Part shown: piece after piece, positions 9,387 through 18,928 of the stretch
Position numbering within the stretch: the stretch's first letter is position 1
Layout of the letters: each line of letters opens with the position of its first letter
Source: Candidatus Liminaster caballi
GTDB lineage: Bacteria > Bacteroidota > Bacteroidia > Bacteroidales > UBA3663
Assembly: GCA_018065085.1 (NCBI GenBank)
Contig: JAGHUA010000016.1
Coordinates: 34,952 to 98,951, forward strand
DNA: 64,000 bases
Direction of reading: 5' to 3'
Notes under the pieces: model-generated
Database searches by the model: none
What the model was told of the DNA's origin: nothing
What the model saw: the letters and a program-made list of their open reading frames with translations, nothing else
Made by a program: the position numbers and the translations under genes

Positions 9387-10346
9387 ATGACAAATCGTTC
9401 AATCTGCCAAGAAAATAGGCCAATAATCGGTACATTTATTCGTTTTGTGGTGCTAATTGCCATTCAGCTTTGCGTTTTTCTGCATTTGAATGCGCGAAAC
9501 AACTGTCCGCCGCAGGGCCCGCGACTGTCAGCCGAGCAATACTGCAAGCTTTATGCCGAAGAGGCACAGCGGCAGATGCAGAAGTATGGCATTCCTGCCA
9601 GCATCACACTTGCGCAGGGAATGTATGAGTCGGGCTATGGATCGAGCTATCTGGCTGTCGTTGCCAACAATCATTTCGGCATCAAGGCCTACAGAAATTG
9701 GAACGGACCCGTTGTGCGATGTGATGATGATGCCCGAAGCGAACCTTTTTGCAAGTTCAAGACCGTGTTGGACGGTTACGAACATCATTCTCGCTTTCTT
9801 GTCGATAACCAGCGTTACGCTCCGCTCTTCAAACTCAATCCGCTCGACTATAAAGCATGGGCAAAAGGTCTGAGCAAATGCGGTTATGCCACCAATCCGC
9901 AGTATGCGGCTCAGATCATAGATGTCATCGAGCGCTATCATCTCGATCTTTATGACACCAAGAAGAAGGGCGGCAAGTCATCATCGACCGTGGCTGCTGG
10001 CAGTCATCAGGTCTATCTGTCGGCCGAGAAGAGAGGTCTTCGCTATGTGCGTGTAGCTGCTGGCGATGACCTGTCGAAGCTTGCCGACGAGTTCCACACC
10101 ACCAAGGGCACGTTGCGCAAGTGGAATGACCTGCCGAAGAACTATCAGCTGACCGTTGGTGAGGTCATCTATCTTGAGGCAAAGCACAAGAAGGCAAACA
10201 AGGAACATGCCGTTCATGTAGTGCGTCCTGGCGAGTCGTTGCACAAGATTTCGCAGCTCTATGGCGTGACTGTCAAATCGATAGTGAAACGCAATCACCT
10301 GCAATCAGGCAGCGTTTCAGTGGGTCAAGAATTAAAACTTCGTTAA
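9387..10346 (+). CDS. glucosaminidase-domain peptidoglycan hydrolase with two C-terminal LysM repeats
   Basis: GIPASITLAQGMYESGYGSS...NNHFGIK is the FlgJ/mannosyl-glycoprotein endo-beta-N-acetylglucosaminidase type. Two LysM-like segments are present (YVRVAAGDDLSKLA; HVVRPGESLHKISQLYG). The start was chosen at the ATG at 9387, ahead of the signal/TM segment. Confidence 0.75.
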   Translation: MTNRSICQENRPIIGTFIRFVVLIAIQLCVFLHLNARNNCPPQGPRLSAEQYCKLYAEEAQRQMQKYGIPASITLAQGMYESGYGSSYLAVVANNHFGIKAYRNWNGPVVRCDDDARSEPFCKFKTVLDGYEHHSRFLVDNQRYAPLFKLNPLDYKAWAKGLSKCGYATNPQYAAQIIDVIERYHLDLYDTKKKGGKSSSTVAAGSHQVYLSAEKRGLRYVRVAAGDDLSKLADEFHTTKGTLRKWNDLPKNYQLTVGEVIYLEAKHKKANKEHAVHVVRPGESLHKISQLYGVTVKSIVKRNHLQSGSVSVGQELKLR

Positions 10347-10395
10347 ATTAAGAAAAAATAAAGGCAAAATATTTGCATAATTCAAAATATTTGCG

Positions 10396-10403
10396 TATCT
10401 TTG
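10396..10403 (+). promoter_or_regulatory. Bacteroidota -7 box TATCTTTG
   Basis: The box matches the TAnnTTTG consensus and lies 69 nt upstream of the ROK kinase ATG. A 7-bp hairpin (ttgcaca..tgtgcaa) lies in the putative 5' UTR. Confidence 0.45.
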
Positions 10404-10471
10404 CCGCGCAATTGCACAGATAGATTGTGCAAGCAGAATATTAACAAAACCAACATTAGAATCTAAATATT

Positions 10472-11434
10472 ATGACACACTGCAAACCATACGTTATCGG
10501 AGTGGATATGGGCGGCACCAACACAGTAGTAGGTGTTGTTGACACACGAGGAAAGATTGTTGCAACTACGGCATTCAAGACACGCGACTGTGAGGAATTC
10601 AGCGACTTTGTCGAGTCAATAGCCAAGGCTTGTCGCCGTGTCATGGGCGAGATAGGCGGTCCTCAGATGATAGCCGGCATCGGTGTCGGTGCTCCGAATG
10701 CAAATTATTATAGTGGAAATATCGAAAATCCTGCCAACCTGCCTTGGAAGGGAATCCTGCCGCTGGCCGAGATGCTCTATAATACGCTCGATATTCCTGT
10801 GGCAGTGACCAACGATGCCAATGCTGCTGCCATCGGCGAGATGACCTATGGTGCGGCCCGTGGCATGCGTGATTTCATCATGATCACACTCGGTACAGGT
10901 GTTGGTTCGGGCATCGTGGTCAATGGCGAACTTGTCTATGGCAATGACGGATTTGCCGGCGAGCTCGGACACGTCAAGGTTCGCCGTGGCGGACGTCAGT
11001 GCGGTTGCGGACAGCGTGGATGTCTTGAGGCCTACTGTTCGGCAACGGGTGTGGCACGTACTGCACTCGAGTTCCTCGATACACACACAGAGGATAGCCT
11101 TCTGCGCAAGCTCACACCGTCACAGATTACATCCAAGGACGTCTATGATGCAGCCATTCAGGGCGATGCCATGGCAAAAGAGATATTCGAATATACAGGC
11201 AAGATAATGGGCGAGGCGTTTGCTGACTTTGTCTGCTTCTCGGCCCCAGAGGCAATCGTTCTGTTCGGTGGCCTTGCTCAGGCGGGCGACCTGCTTATAG
11301 TGCCTATCCGCAAGTCAATGGAAGAGAACCTTATCCAGAACTGGAAGGGCAAGATCAAGCTCATTCCGTCGGCATTGCCGTCGAGCGAGGCTGCCATTCT
11401 CGGTGCAGCAGCCCTTGGCTGGAAGGCTCAATAA
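10472..11434 (+). CDS. ROK family sugar kinase (glucokinase-like)
   Basis: An N-terminal GVDMGGTN ATP-binding motif is present, together with the ROK Cys cluster GHVKV....CGCGQRGCLEAY. Confidence 0.8.
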   Translation: MTHCKPYVIGVDMGGTNTVVGVVDTRGKIVATTAFKTRDCEEFSDFVESIAKACRRVMGEIGGPQMIAGIGVGAPNANYYSGNIENPANLPWKGILPLAEMLYNTLDIPVAVTNDANAAAIGEMTYGAARGMRDFIMITLGTGVGSGIVVNGELVYGNDGFAGELGHVKVRRGGRQCGCGQRGCLEAYCSATGVARTALEFLDTHTEDSLLRKLTPSQITSKDVYDAAIQGDAMAKEIFEYTGKIMGEAFADFVCFSAPEAIVLFGGLAQAGDLLIVPIRKSMEENLIQNWKGKIKLIPSALPSSEAAILGAAALGWKAQ

Positions 11435-11452
11435 AAAAATAACGCTCAAAAA

Positions 11453-14281
11453 GTGATTGAAGTACAAGGCGCACGCGTCCACAATCTGAAAAATATAGAT
11501 GTAACTATTCCAAGTTACAGTCTGACAGTCGTTACCGGATTGTCAGGATCGGGTAAATCATCGCTGGCTTTCGACACCATCTATGCCGAAGGCCAGCGTC
11601 GCTACATTGAGACATTTTCGAGCTATGCGCGCAATTTCCTTGGCAACCTCGAACGTCCTGATGTCGATAAGATCGAGGGTCTGAGTCCTGTCATCAGCAT
11701 CGAACAGAAGACCGTGAACCGCAACCCGCGTTCCACCGTGGGCACCACCACTGAGATCTACGACTTCCTGCGTCTGCTCTATGCCCGAGTAGGCGAGGCG
11801 TTCAGCTATCTGAGTGGCGAAAAGATGGTTCGTTTCACCGAGGATCAGATCATCGAACTCCTGCTCAACGAGTATGAAGGCAAGCGTGTGTTCCTCCTAG
11901 CTCCGCTGGTGCGCAATAGGAAGGGCCACTATCGCGAGCTGTTCGAACAGCTGCGCAAGAAAGGCTATCTCAACGTCCGCATCGATGGCGAGATGCGCGA
12001 GATCCTGCACGGCTTGCAGCTCGACCGTTACAAGAACCATACCATCGAGCTTGTGGTCGATAAGATGCAGGTGTCGGGCATTGACGAACACCGACTGCGT
12101 GATTCCGTGCGTCTGGCCATGAAGATGGGCGAGGGCATGATGGCAGTGTTGCAGCATGGCACCGACAATGTGCGCTATTACAGTCGTATGCTCATGGATC
12201 CGGCTACGGGTCTGGCCTATAAGGATCCTGCTCCACACGACTTTTCGTTCAATTCGCCAATGGGAGCCTGTCCGCATTGCCATGGCCTGGGTCGTGTCAC
12301 GCAGGTGGATCGCGACAAGATCATTCCCAACCCCAAGCAGAGCATAGCCGATGGAGGTATCGCACCTCTCGGAAAGCGCAAGAATAGCATGATCTTCTGG
12401 CAGATAGAGGCTTTGCTTGGCACATATCAGTGTACGCTCGATACGCCTATCTGCGACATACCCGAAGAGGCTGTCAACGGTGTTCTCTATGGCACAGGCG
12501 AGGTCTATAAGACTGGCGACGAACATACGGGCTACAGCATGATGACCATGCCGTATGAAGGACTTGTCAAGTTCATTCAGGATTCAATCAGCGACGACGC
12601 CTCGGCCAAGGAGAAGCGCTGGGCGGAGTCTTTCAGTTCGGAGATGGAGTGTCCCGTCTGTCACGGACAGCGACTAAGGCAGGAGGCATTGCATTTCCTG
12701 CTCGACGGAAAGAACATATCCGAGGTGAGCAACCTCACGCTCTCCGATTTGCATGAATGGATCAAGAACCTTCCGTCGGCATTGAGCGAACGGCAGATGA
12801 ACGTGGCGCAGGAAATCCTCAAGGAGATACAGACCCGATTGCAGTTCCTCCTGGACGTCGGTTTGGGCTATCTTTCGCTCAACCGACCCACCATGACCCT
12901 GTCGGGCGGTGAGAGCCAGCGCATCCGTCTTGCCACACAGATTGGCAGTCAGTTGGTCAACGTGCTCTATATCCTCGACGAGCCGAGCATCGGCCTTCAT
13001 CAGCGCGACAACGAACTGCTTATCTCATCGCTCAAGAAACTGCGCGACATCGGCAATACCGTTATCGTCGTCGAGCATGACCGCGACATGATGCTCGCTG
13101 CCGACTATGTGGTGGACATTGGTCCGATGGCTGGTCGCAAAGGCGGCAATGTGGTGTTTCAGGGCACGGTGGGCGATATGTTGCAGACCGATACGCTCAC
13201 GGCTCAGTATCTGACCGATCAGCGTCGCATCGAGATACCCAAGTCGCGCCGTAAGGGTAACGGCCTCTGTCTCACGGTGCATGGCGCCACAGGCCATAAC
13301 CTCAAATCGGTTGACGTTACGTTCCCGCTCGGCTGTCTGATAGGCATCACGGGTGTGTCTGGTTCCGGCAAGTCCAGCCTTATCAACGGAACGCTTCAGC
13401 CTATCCTCAGCCAGCATTTCTACAGGTCGCTGCAGGCTCCGCTGCCATACGCCTCGATTGACGGAATTGAGAATATCGACAAAGTGATCTCGGTCGATCA
13501 GTCGCCGTTGGGTCGCACACCGCGCAGCAATCCAGCCACCTATACCGGCGTGTTTGCCGACATCCGCAACCTGTTTGTGGCGTTGCCAGAGGCTCAGATG
13601 AGAGGTTATAAGGCAGGCCGATTCTCGTTCAACGTAGGTGGCGGACGATGCGAGACATGTTCGGGCAATGGCTATAAGACCATCGAGATGAACTTCCTGC
13701 CCGATGTGATGGTTCCGTGCGAGACGTGCCACGGCAAGCGCTATAACCGCGAGACGCTCGAAGTGCGATTCAAGGGCAAGTCCATCGCCGACGTCCTCGA
13801 CATGACCATCAATCAGGCGTGCGAGTTCTTTGAGAATGTGCCTACGATATTGAACAAGATACGTGTGCTGCAGGAGGTCGGTCTCGGCTATATCAAGCTC
13901 GGACAGCCAAGCACGACGCTCTCGGGCGGAGAGTCCCAGCGAGTGAAGCTTGCCACCGAATTGGCAAAGAAACAGACCGGACGAACGCTCTATATCCTCG
14001 ACGAACCTACCACGGGTCTGCATTTCGAAGATATCCGCGTGCTGATGTCCGTGCTCAACCAGTTGGTCGATCGCGGCAACACGATCATCATCATCGAGCA
14101 TAATATGGACGTCATCAAGTGCTGCGACCATATCATCGACATGGGACCAGACGGAGGTGCGGCTGGCGGACAGCTTGTGGCTTGCGGCACACCTGAGGAG
14201 ATTTGCGGCCTGACTTCCGATATGAGCCGCATGGCAGATACGCCTACGGCACGTTTCCTCAAGGCCGAGCTCCTTCGATAA
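11453..14281 (+). CDS. uvrA: excinuclease ABC subunit A
   Basis: Two ABC modules are present (GLSGSGKSSLAFDT; GVSGSGKSSL; LSGGESQR twice), plus zinc-finger Cys pairs. The length is 942 aa and the start codon is GTG. Confidence 0.95.
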   Translation: MIEVQGARVHNLKNIDVTIPSYSLTVVTGLSGSGKSSLAFDTIYAEGQRRYIETFSSYARNFLGNLERPDVDKIEGLSPVISIEQKTVNRNPRSTVGTTTEIYDFLRLLYARVGEAFSYLSGEKMVRFTEDQIIELLLNEYEGKRVFLLAPLVRNRKGHYRELFEQLRKKGYLNVRIDGEMREILHGLQLDRYKNHTIELVVDKMQVSGIDEHRLRDSVRLAMKMGEGMMAVLQHGTDNVRYYSRMLMDPATGLAYKDPAPHDFSFNSPMGACPHCHGLGRVTQVDRDKIIPNPKQSIADGGIAPLGKRKNSMIFWQIEALLGTYQCTLDTPICDIPEEAVNGVLYGTGEVYKTGDEHTGYSMMTMPYEGLVKFIQDSISDDASAKEKRWAESFSSEMECPVCHGQRLRQEALHFLLDGKNISEVSNLTLSDLHEWIKNLPSALSERQMNVAQEILKEIQTRLQFLLDVGLGYLSLNRPTMTLSGGESQRIRLATQIGSQLVNVLYILDEPSIGLHQRDNELLISSLKKLRDIGNTVIVVEHDRDMMLAADYVVDIGPMAGRKGGNVVFQGTVGDMLQTDTLTAQYLTDQRRIEIPKSRRKGNGLCLTVHGATGHNLKSVDVTFPLGCLIGITGVSGSGKSSLINGTLQPILSQHFYRSLQAPLPYASIDGIENIDKVISVDQSPLGRTPRSNPATYTGVFADIRNLFVALPEAQMRGYKAGRFSFNVGGGRCETCSGNGYKTIEMNFLPDVMVPCETCHGKRYNRETLEVRFKGKSIADVLDMTINQACEFFENVPTILNKIRVLQEVGLGYIKLGQPSTTLSGGESQRVKLATELAKKQTGRTLYILDEPTTGLHFEDIRVLMSVLNQLVDRGNTIIIIEHNMDVIKCCDHIIDMGPDGGAAGGQLVACGTPEEICGLTSDMSRMADTPTARFLKAELLR

Positions 14282-14282
14282 T

Positions 14283-14392
14283 AAAAATGACAGCTTCCCA
14301 ATTCAGGAGGCTGTCAATATTTATTTACCCTAATTAATGTCAATTCAAACTTACTCTGAGTGACTGAGACTCATGATGACTTTGTCGTTTTG
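14283..14392 (-). ncRNA. candidate about 110-nt small RNA (orphan promoter to terminator)
   Basis: A minus-strand TATCTTTGCAGCG box at 14399-14406 points at the terminator hairpin at 14289-14315. No plausible ORF lies in between. Confidence 0.2.
14289..14315. terminator. bidirectional intrinsic terminator hairpin after uvrA
   Basis: A 10-bp stem pairs gacagcttcc with ggaggctgtc (one T.G position) around a 7-nt loop. It is flanked by ataaaaat on the left and aatatttattt on the right. The T-run is better on the minus strand. Confidence 0.55.
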
Positions 14393-14398
14393 ACGCTG

Positions 14399-14406
14399 CA
14401 AAGATA
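14399..14406 (-). promoter_or_regulatory. orphan -7 box (reverse complement TATCTTTG) with no downstream gene
   Basis: The + strand reads caaagata, and the extended match is ctatctttgcagcg on the minus strand. Confidence 0.25.
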
Positions 14407-14502
14407 GGGTATCTTACAGATTTGACCAAATTTTTTCGACGAACGTCAGTTTTTTTTCGACGAAAGGAATCGTTAATAAAATTCAATCACATTGATAAAG
14501 CT

Positions 14503-17502
14503 ATGAGTAACCGTCTTTTGCATCTTATTGTACTGCTTTTGATAACAACGGGTTCGATAGTAAATGCGCAGCGCCATCGCTATAATTTCAATCTCGACTG
14601 GAACATGCTCGTAGCCGACTGGGACAGCACTCAGTTCTTCTCCTCACAGGATGCTGTCCGTGCGAAATCCGTTCCCGTTACGCTTCCGCATGCCTGGAAC
14701 GAGGATGACGCCTATCGTGTTGGCATCCATAGTCATCGCGATTCAATAAGCTGGTATTACAAGACGTTCAGTCTGCCTGCCGATGCTCAAGGGAAGCATG
14801 TATTCATCGAGTTTGAGGGTGCTCGCCAGTGTGCCGACGTCTGGCTCAACGGTCATAAGGTTGGATGCAGCGAGAATGGCGTCATGGCTTTCGGCTTTGA
14901 CCTTACTCCTTATCTCTGTGAGGGAGAGAATCAACTTGCCGTGCGTTGCGACAACGATTGGGATTATCGCGAGCGCGGCTCCAATGTGAAATATCAGTGG
15001 AATAACCGCAATTTCAATATGAACATGGGCGGTCTGCCCAAGAATGTGTGGCTTCACGTCACGGGTGATGTCTATCAGACTCTTCCGCTTTATAGTAACC
15101 TTGGCACCACAGGAACCTACATCTACGGCACCGATTATGACATCAAGGGTCACAGGGTGACCGTGAATGCCGAGTCGCAGGTCATCAACACCACCGGCAA
15201 ATCTGTCAAGGTTTCGCTCCGAGTGCAGATTCTGGATGCTGATGGCACGCAGGTGGCTCAATATAATGGTGCAAGCACACAGATTGCAGCCGGCGACACC
15301 GCAATGCTGTCTGCCTCCAAACGTCTGTCGGGCATGCATTTCTGGTCTTGGGGCTATGGCTATCTTTATACCGTCAGGACCGACGTGATGATTGGCGGTA
15401 AGAGCGTCGATCAGGTACAGACTCGTACGGGTTTCCGCAAGACTGACTTCGGTGAAGGCAAAATCTGGCTCAATGACCGTTGCATGATGGTGCATGGCTA
15501 TGCCCAGCGCACCTCCAACGAATGGCCTTCCGTCGGCATCGATCTCCCTGCCTGGCTTTCTGATTACTCGAATGATCTGGTTGTGCAGTCAGGCGGAAAC
15601 GTGATGCGCTGGATGCACGTCACACCAATCAGGCAGGATGTCGAGAGCTGTGACCGTGTCGGTCTGATGCAAGCCATGCCTGCCGGTGATGCCGAGAAGG
15701 ATTGCAGTGGCCGCCAGTGGAGTCAGCGTAAGGAGCTGATGCGCGATGCAATAATCTATAACCGCAACAATCCGTCTGTCATCTTCTATGAGTGCGGCAA
15801 CGAGTCCATCAGCCGTGAACACATGGTCGAGATGAAGGCAATTCGCGACGCTTTTGATCCTCATGGCGGACGTGCCATCGGCAGCCGTGAGATGCTCGAC
15901 ATAGATGAGGCCGAATATGGCGGCGAGATGCTCTATCTCAACAAATCCGGCAAGCATCCAATGTGGGCCATGGAGTACTGCCGAGATGAGGGTTACCGCC
16001 TGTATTGGGACAATTATTCATATCCATGGCATCAGGCAGGGGCCGGTCCATACTATCGCAATGCACCTGCCAATGACTACAACCGCAATCAGGACGATCT
16101 GGCCATCGAGCATATCAGGCGCTGGCATGACTACTACGTGCTACGTCCTGGAATGGGCCGCCGCGTGAGCAGTGGAGGCGTAAAGATTATCTTCAGCGAT
16201 ACCAATACGCACAATCGCAGCGAATTCAACTATCGCACCTCGGGTGTCACTGACGCCATGCGAATACCGAAGGATTCCTACTTTGTACATCAGGTGATGT
16301 GGGACAGCTGGGTTGACGTGCAGCACAGTCGCAGTCATATCCTCGGTCACTGGAACTATCCTGCCGGTGTCAGGAAGGATGTCTATGTGGTCAGCACTTC
16401 GCCGATCGTTGAACTCTTCGTCAACGGTAGGAGTGTGGGCCGTAGTGAGAAACCTGAATATACTTTCCTCCATACCATCAGGGATGTGGATTATCAGCCT
16501 GGTGTAATCAAGGCGGTGAGCTATGCGTCAGATGGTGTGACTGTGGAGAGCGAGGCCATGCATGAGACCGCTGGACGTCCTGATCATCTGCAGCTTACTT
16601 TGATGCAGAACCCCAACGGCATGAAGGCTGACGGCAGCGATCTGGCGCTCATTCAGGTGGAAGTGATGGACAGGGATGGCCGTCGCTGCCCCGTTGATAA
16701 CCGACTGATACATTGGCATCTGAATGGCGACGGTGAATGGCGCGGTGGTATTGCCAAGAGCCCGGATCTTGATAATTACATTCTTTCGACGGATGTTCCT
16801 GTGGAGTGCGGTGTGGGTCGTGTGCTGGTTCGCAGCAAGCGTCTGACCGATGGCAACGGACACATCGAACTCGTAGCCTCTGCCTCTGGTTTGGAGGATG
16901 TCGCCATCTCATGGTCAACAACGGCTATCGATGATGAGAATGGTCTTTCGACCTATCAGGCTGGATGGGAACAGCCCTTGCGCCTTGGACGCGGTGAAAC
17001 TCCGCTAACTTCGTCGTTTACAGAGAAAAAAGTAACCTGCACTATTGCCAGCGTCGAGGCTGGAGCTAACGGCGAGACTGCGGGCAACAGTTTCGATGAT
17101 AATGAACTCTCAGAGTGGCGCAATGACGGACGTCTTTCGACGGCTTGGATCTCTTATACACTCACCGAGCCTGCTGCCATCGATGAGATCAGCCTGAAAC
17201 TGACGGGTTGGCGCCAGCGCAGCTATCCTGTCGAGGTCTATGCCGACGGAAACCTTGTCTGGAGAGGCAATACGCCTAAGAGTCTTGGATATGTCTCTCT
17301 GGTGATAGAAAATCCTATTGTAGCGAAGACTTATACCATCCGTCAGATTGGCAGCGCATCGGATAAGGACGAATTTGGTCAGATTACGGAATTGGCAGGC
17401 GGCTCTGCTACGGAATTGGATCTCTACAAATCAGCTGGTGGCGACAAAGTGAAGGGCGAACTCCGCATCGTGGAGATTGATTTTCTCCAAGATGTAAAAT
17501 AA
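14503..17502 (+). CDS. glycoside hydrolase family 2 protein with a C-terminal discoidin/F5-8 type C-like domain
   Basis: The GH2 sugar-binding region is present (VTLPHAWNEDDAY; WYYKTF...FEGARQCADVWLNGHKVG). The C-terminus NSFDDNELSEWRNDG is typical of F5/8-C modules. The start was moved to the ATG at 14503, ahead of the signal peptide MSNRLLHLIVLLLITTGSIVNAQ. Confidence 0.75.
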   Translation: MSNRLLHLIVLLLITTGSIVNAQRHRYNFNLDWNMLVADWDSTQFFSSQDAVRAKSVPVTLPHAWNEDDAYRVGIHSHRDSISWYYKTFSLPADAQGKHVFIEFEGARQCADVWLNGHKVGCSENGVMAFGFDLTPYLCEGENQLAVRCDNDWDYRERGSNVKYQWNNRNFNMNMGGLPKNVWLHVTGDVYQTLPLYSNLGTTGTYIYGTDYDIKGHRVTVNAESQVINTTGKSVKVSLRVQILDADGTQVAQYNGASTQIAAGDTAMLSASKRLSGMHFWSWGYGYLYTVRTDVMIGGKSVDQVQTRTGFRKTDFGEGKIWLNDRCMMVHGYAQRTSNEWPSVGIDLPAWLSDYSNDLVVQSGGNVMRWMHVTPIRQDVESCDRVGLMQAMPAGDAEKDCSGRQWSQRKELMRDAIIYNRNNPSVIFYECGNESISREHMVEMKAIRDAFDPHGGRAIGSREMLDIDEAEYGGEMLYLNKSGKHPMWAMEYCRDEGYRLYWDNYSYPWHQAGAGPYYRNAPANDYNRNQDDLAIEHIRRWHDYYVLRPGMGRRVSSGGVKIIFSDTNTHNRSEFNYRTSGVTDAMRIPKDSYFVHQVMWDSWVDVQHSRSHILGHWNYPAGVRKDVYVVSTSPIVELFVNGRSVGRSEKPEYTFLHTIRDVDYQPGVIKAVSYASDGVTVESEAMHETAGRPDHLQLTLMQNPNGMKADGSDLALIQVEVMDRDGRRCPVDNRLIHWHLNGDGEWRGGIAKSPDLDNYILSTDVPVECGVGRVLVRSKRLTDGNGHIELVASASGLEDVAISWSTTAIDDENGLSTYQAGWEQPLRLGRGETPLTSSFTEKKVTCTIASVEAGANGETAGNSFDDNELSEWRNDGRLSTAWISYTLTEPAAIDEISLKLTGWRQRSYPVEVYADGNLVWRGNTPKSLGYVSLVIENPIVAKTYTIRQIGSASDKDEFGQITELAGGSATELDLYKSAGGDKVKGELRIVEIDFLQDVK

Positions 17503-17504
17503 TT

Positions 17505-17556
17505 ATGGTAAAATCATGGCAAATTCATGGTAAATTTATGTTGCGCCGCAGGCAAT
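17505..17556. repeat. 11-bp phased repeats atggtaaaatc/atggcaaattc/atggtaaattt followed by ttgcgccgcaggcaat
   Basis: Read directly. A 25-nt exact copy of 17532-17556 recurs at 55844-55868. Confidence 0.8.
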
Positions 17557-17734
17557 TTAAAAATACGCGACTAACACAAATCGAAACTTCTGTTAATGTT
17601 AGGGTGACAAGTCGTACCCCCCTAGTGAAAAGGACTTGACCCTGATTCCCGTTGTATGGAAAAGGACCTGAAACCGAGACCGGAAAAGATGACAAAGAAC
17701 GTTGGCGTTGTGGCAGATGCAGGGAGAGACGTCA

Positions 17735-18580
17735 TCAGTCGTAAAGCTCAAAGAGCTCCGACATCGAGAGTCTGGCGTCGTTTGCGACAACGTTGCGAGT
17801 GAGGCGTTTGGTGTGAGAGTAGATGATGTGCTGGAACCGCTTGCGCATGTCGAAATGCTCGATCTGATATGCATTGACCATGCGGTAGAAGAGATTGCTC
17901 TTGATACGGAAGAATCCCGAACCTTCGGCTGCATCGAGATGACCGGAATAACGGCATACGAAAAGCGGTGGACATCGATCGATGGAGATCGCGCCATGTG
18001 CCTCAAGATAGTTGTTGCGGCGGATGACGGTTCGTCCGGAATATCCAGAGAGTGCAGACAGAGCATTGACAGAAAGTGACCGATTGGCATGAGGGGTTGT
18101 TTCACTCTGTTTCTTTGAGTGCTTCGTTTTTAACTCGTCCTTTCGGTTCTGGCTGTTAATGAACATGAGATGCAGCATCTCCTTCAGTTCCTGTTCGATG
18201 TCATCGAGCCGTATGTTATCCTTCTCCATGCAGCGTATCTTAGCCACGTTCATAGCCAGTGAAGCCTTATGCTTGCCGCACTGTATGGTGTGGGCATAGT
18301 CATGGCGGTAGCAACGCGCTGTGATGCGCAATGTGCCGTCTTTGGACTGTTCCACACGGAAGAGGGATGAATGGTGTATGGCATGCATGAGCTTGTCGGC
18401 TCTCTGCTTGCCCATGTTGAAGTCCTTGCGCATCTGCTTGCACGAGCGACACAGATACACGCTGGACGGAGACAGGCTTTTGATGGCTACACTCAGTGAC
18501 AGCAAGCTGCGTTGCAAGCTGTCCTGCGGCATTGTCTGCAGCAGTTTTGTGGGTACGTTTATGTATTTTGAGTGAGCCAT
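17735..18580 (-). CDS. hypothetical DNA-binding protein with two winged-helix/HTH-like modules (possibly replication-initiator-like)
   Basis: The 281-aa ORF has its own TATCTTTG promoter. The N-terminal module is LSVAIKSL...RADKLMHAIHHSSLFRV, and the second module is LSVNALSALSGYSGRTVIRRNNYLEAHGAISIDR. The functional call is an inference from this layout and the flanking iteron-like repeats. Confidence 0.5.
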   Translation of the reverse strand: MAHSKYINVPTKLLQTMPQDSLQRSLLSLSVAIKSLSPSSVYLCRSCKQMRKDFNMGKQRADKLMHAIHHSSLFRVEQSKDGTLRITARCYRHDYAHTIQCGKHKASLAMNVAKIRCMEKDNIRLDDIEQELKEMLHLMFINSQNRKDELKTKHSKKQSETTPHANRSLSVNALSALSGYSGRTVIRRNNYLEAHGAISIDRCPPLFVCRYSGHLDAAEGSGFFRIKSNLFYRMVNAYQIEHFDMRKRFQHIIYSHTKRLTRNVVANDARLSMSELFELYD

Positions 18581-18603
18581 TTTGCGATGTCTTTTTTACG
18601 CTG

Positions 18604-18611
18604 CAAAGATA
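18604..18611 (-). promoter_or_regulatory. -7 box (reverse complement TATCTTTG) for the Rep-like gene
   Basis: The minus strand reads cgtatctttgcagcg, 24 nt upstream of the ATG at 18580. Confidence 0.5.
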
Positions 18612-18789
18612 CGAAAAAAAACGCTAAAAAGCAAGTTTTTGTTCATATTTTTTCAAAAAAATCGACCTGTACGATCGATATTATGTATGCGAACTTGAAT
18701 GAGAGAGAGTCTCTGCGAGAGTTTTTCTTCTTTACGTAAATTTCCGAAAATTGCCCGTGAATTACGCCGTAAATTGTTTTTCTTCTTTA

Positions 18790-18815
18790 CATGAATTTGC
18801 CATAAATTTCCCATG
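18790..18815. repeat. inverted copy of the 11-bp repeat cluster (reverse complement catgggaaatttatggcaaattcatg)
   Basis: It contains atggcaaattcatg in inverted orientation relative to 17516-17529. It lies in a block of other direct repeats: gtttttcttctttac at 18721 and 18776, and ttcgtgttcat at 18889 and 18909. Confidence 0.6.
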
Positions 18816-18928
18816 CTCCGAGCTTGCTCGCGCGACCCGAAGGTAGCAATATAAGCTCATAAATAATTTTTGAAAAATTCGTGGTTAATTCGTGTTCATA
18901 AAAAATCCTTCGTGTTCATTTGTGGTTC

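Noticed and set aside
9309-9463. I considered the long N-terminal extensions given by the ORF caller for cdd (to 9463), the glucosaminidase (from 9309), GH2 (from 14422), the CANSDH-like gene (to 28233), GH28 (to 39179), the 39095 membrane protein (to 39475), the 39815 ORF and the 53767 ORF.
   Set aside because: In each case an internal ATG gives a canonical N-terminus (signal peptide, Rossmann motif or family-typical start). The extension overlaps a divergent gene, a promoter or a repeat element.
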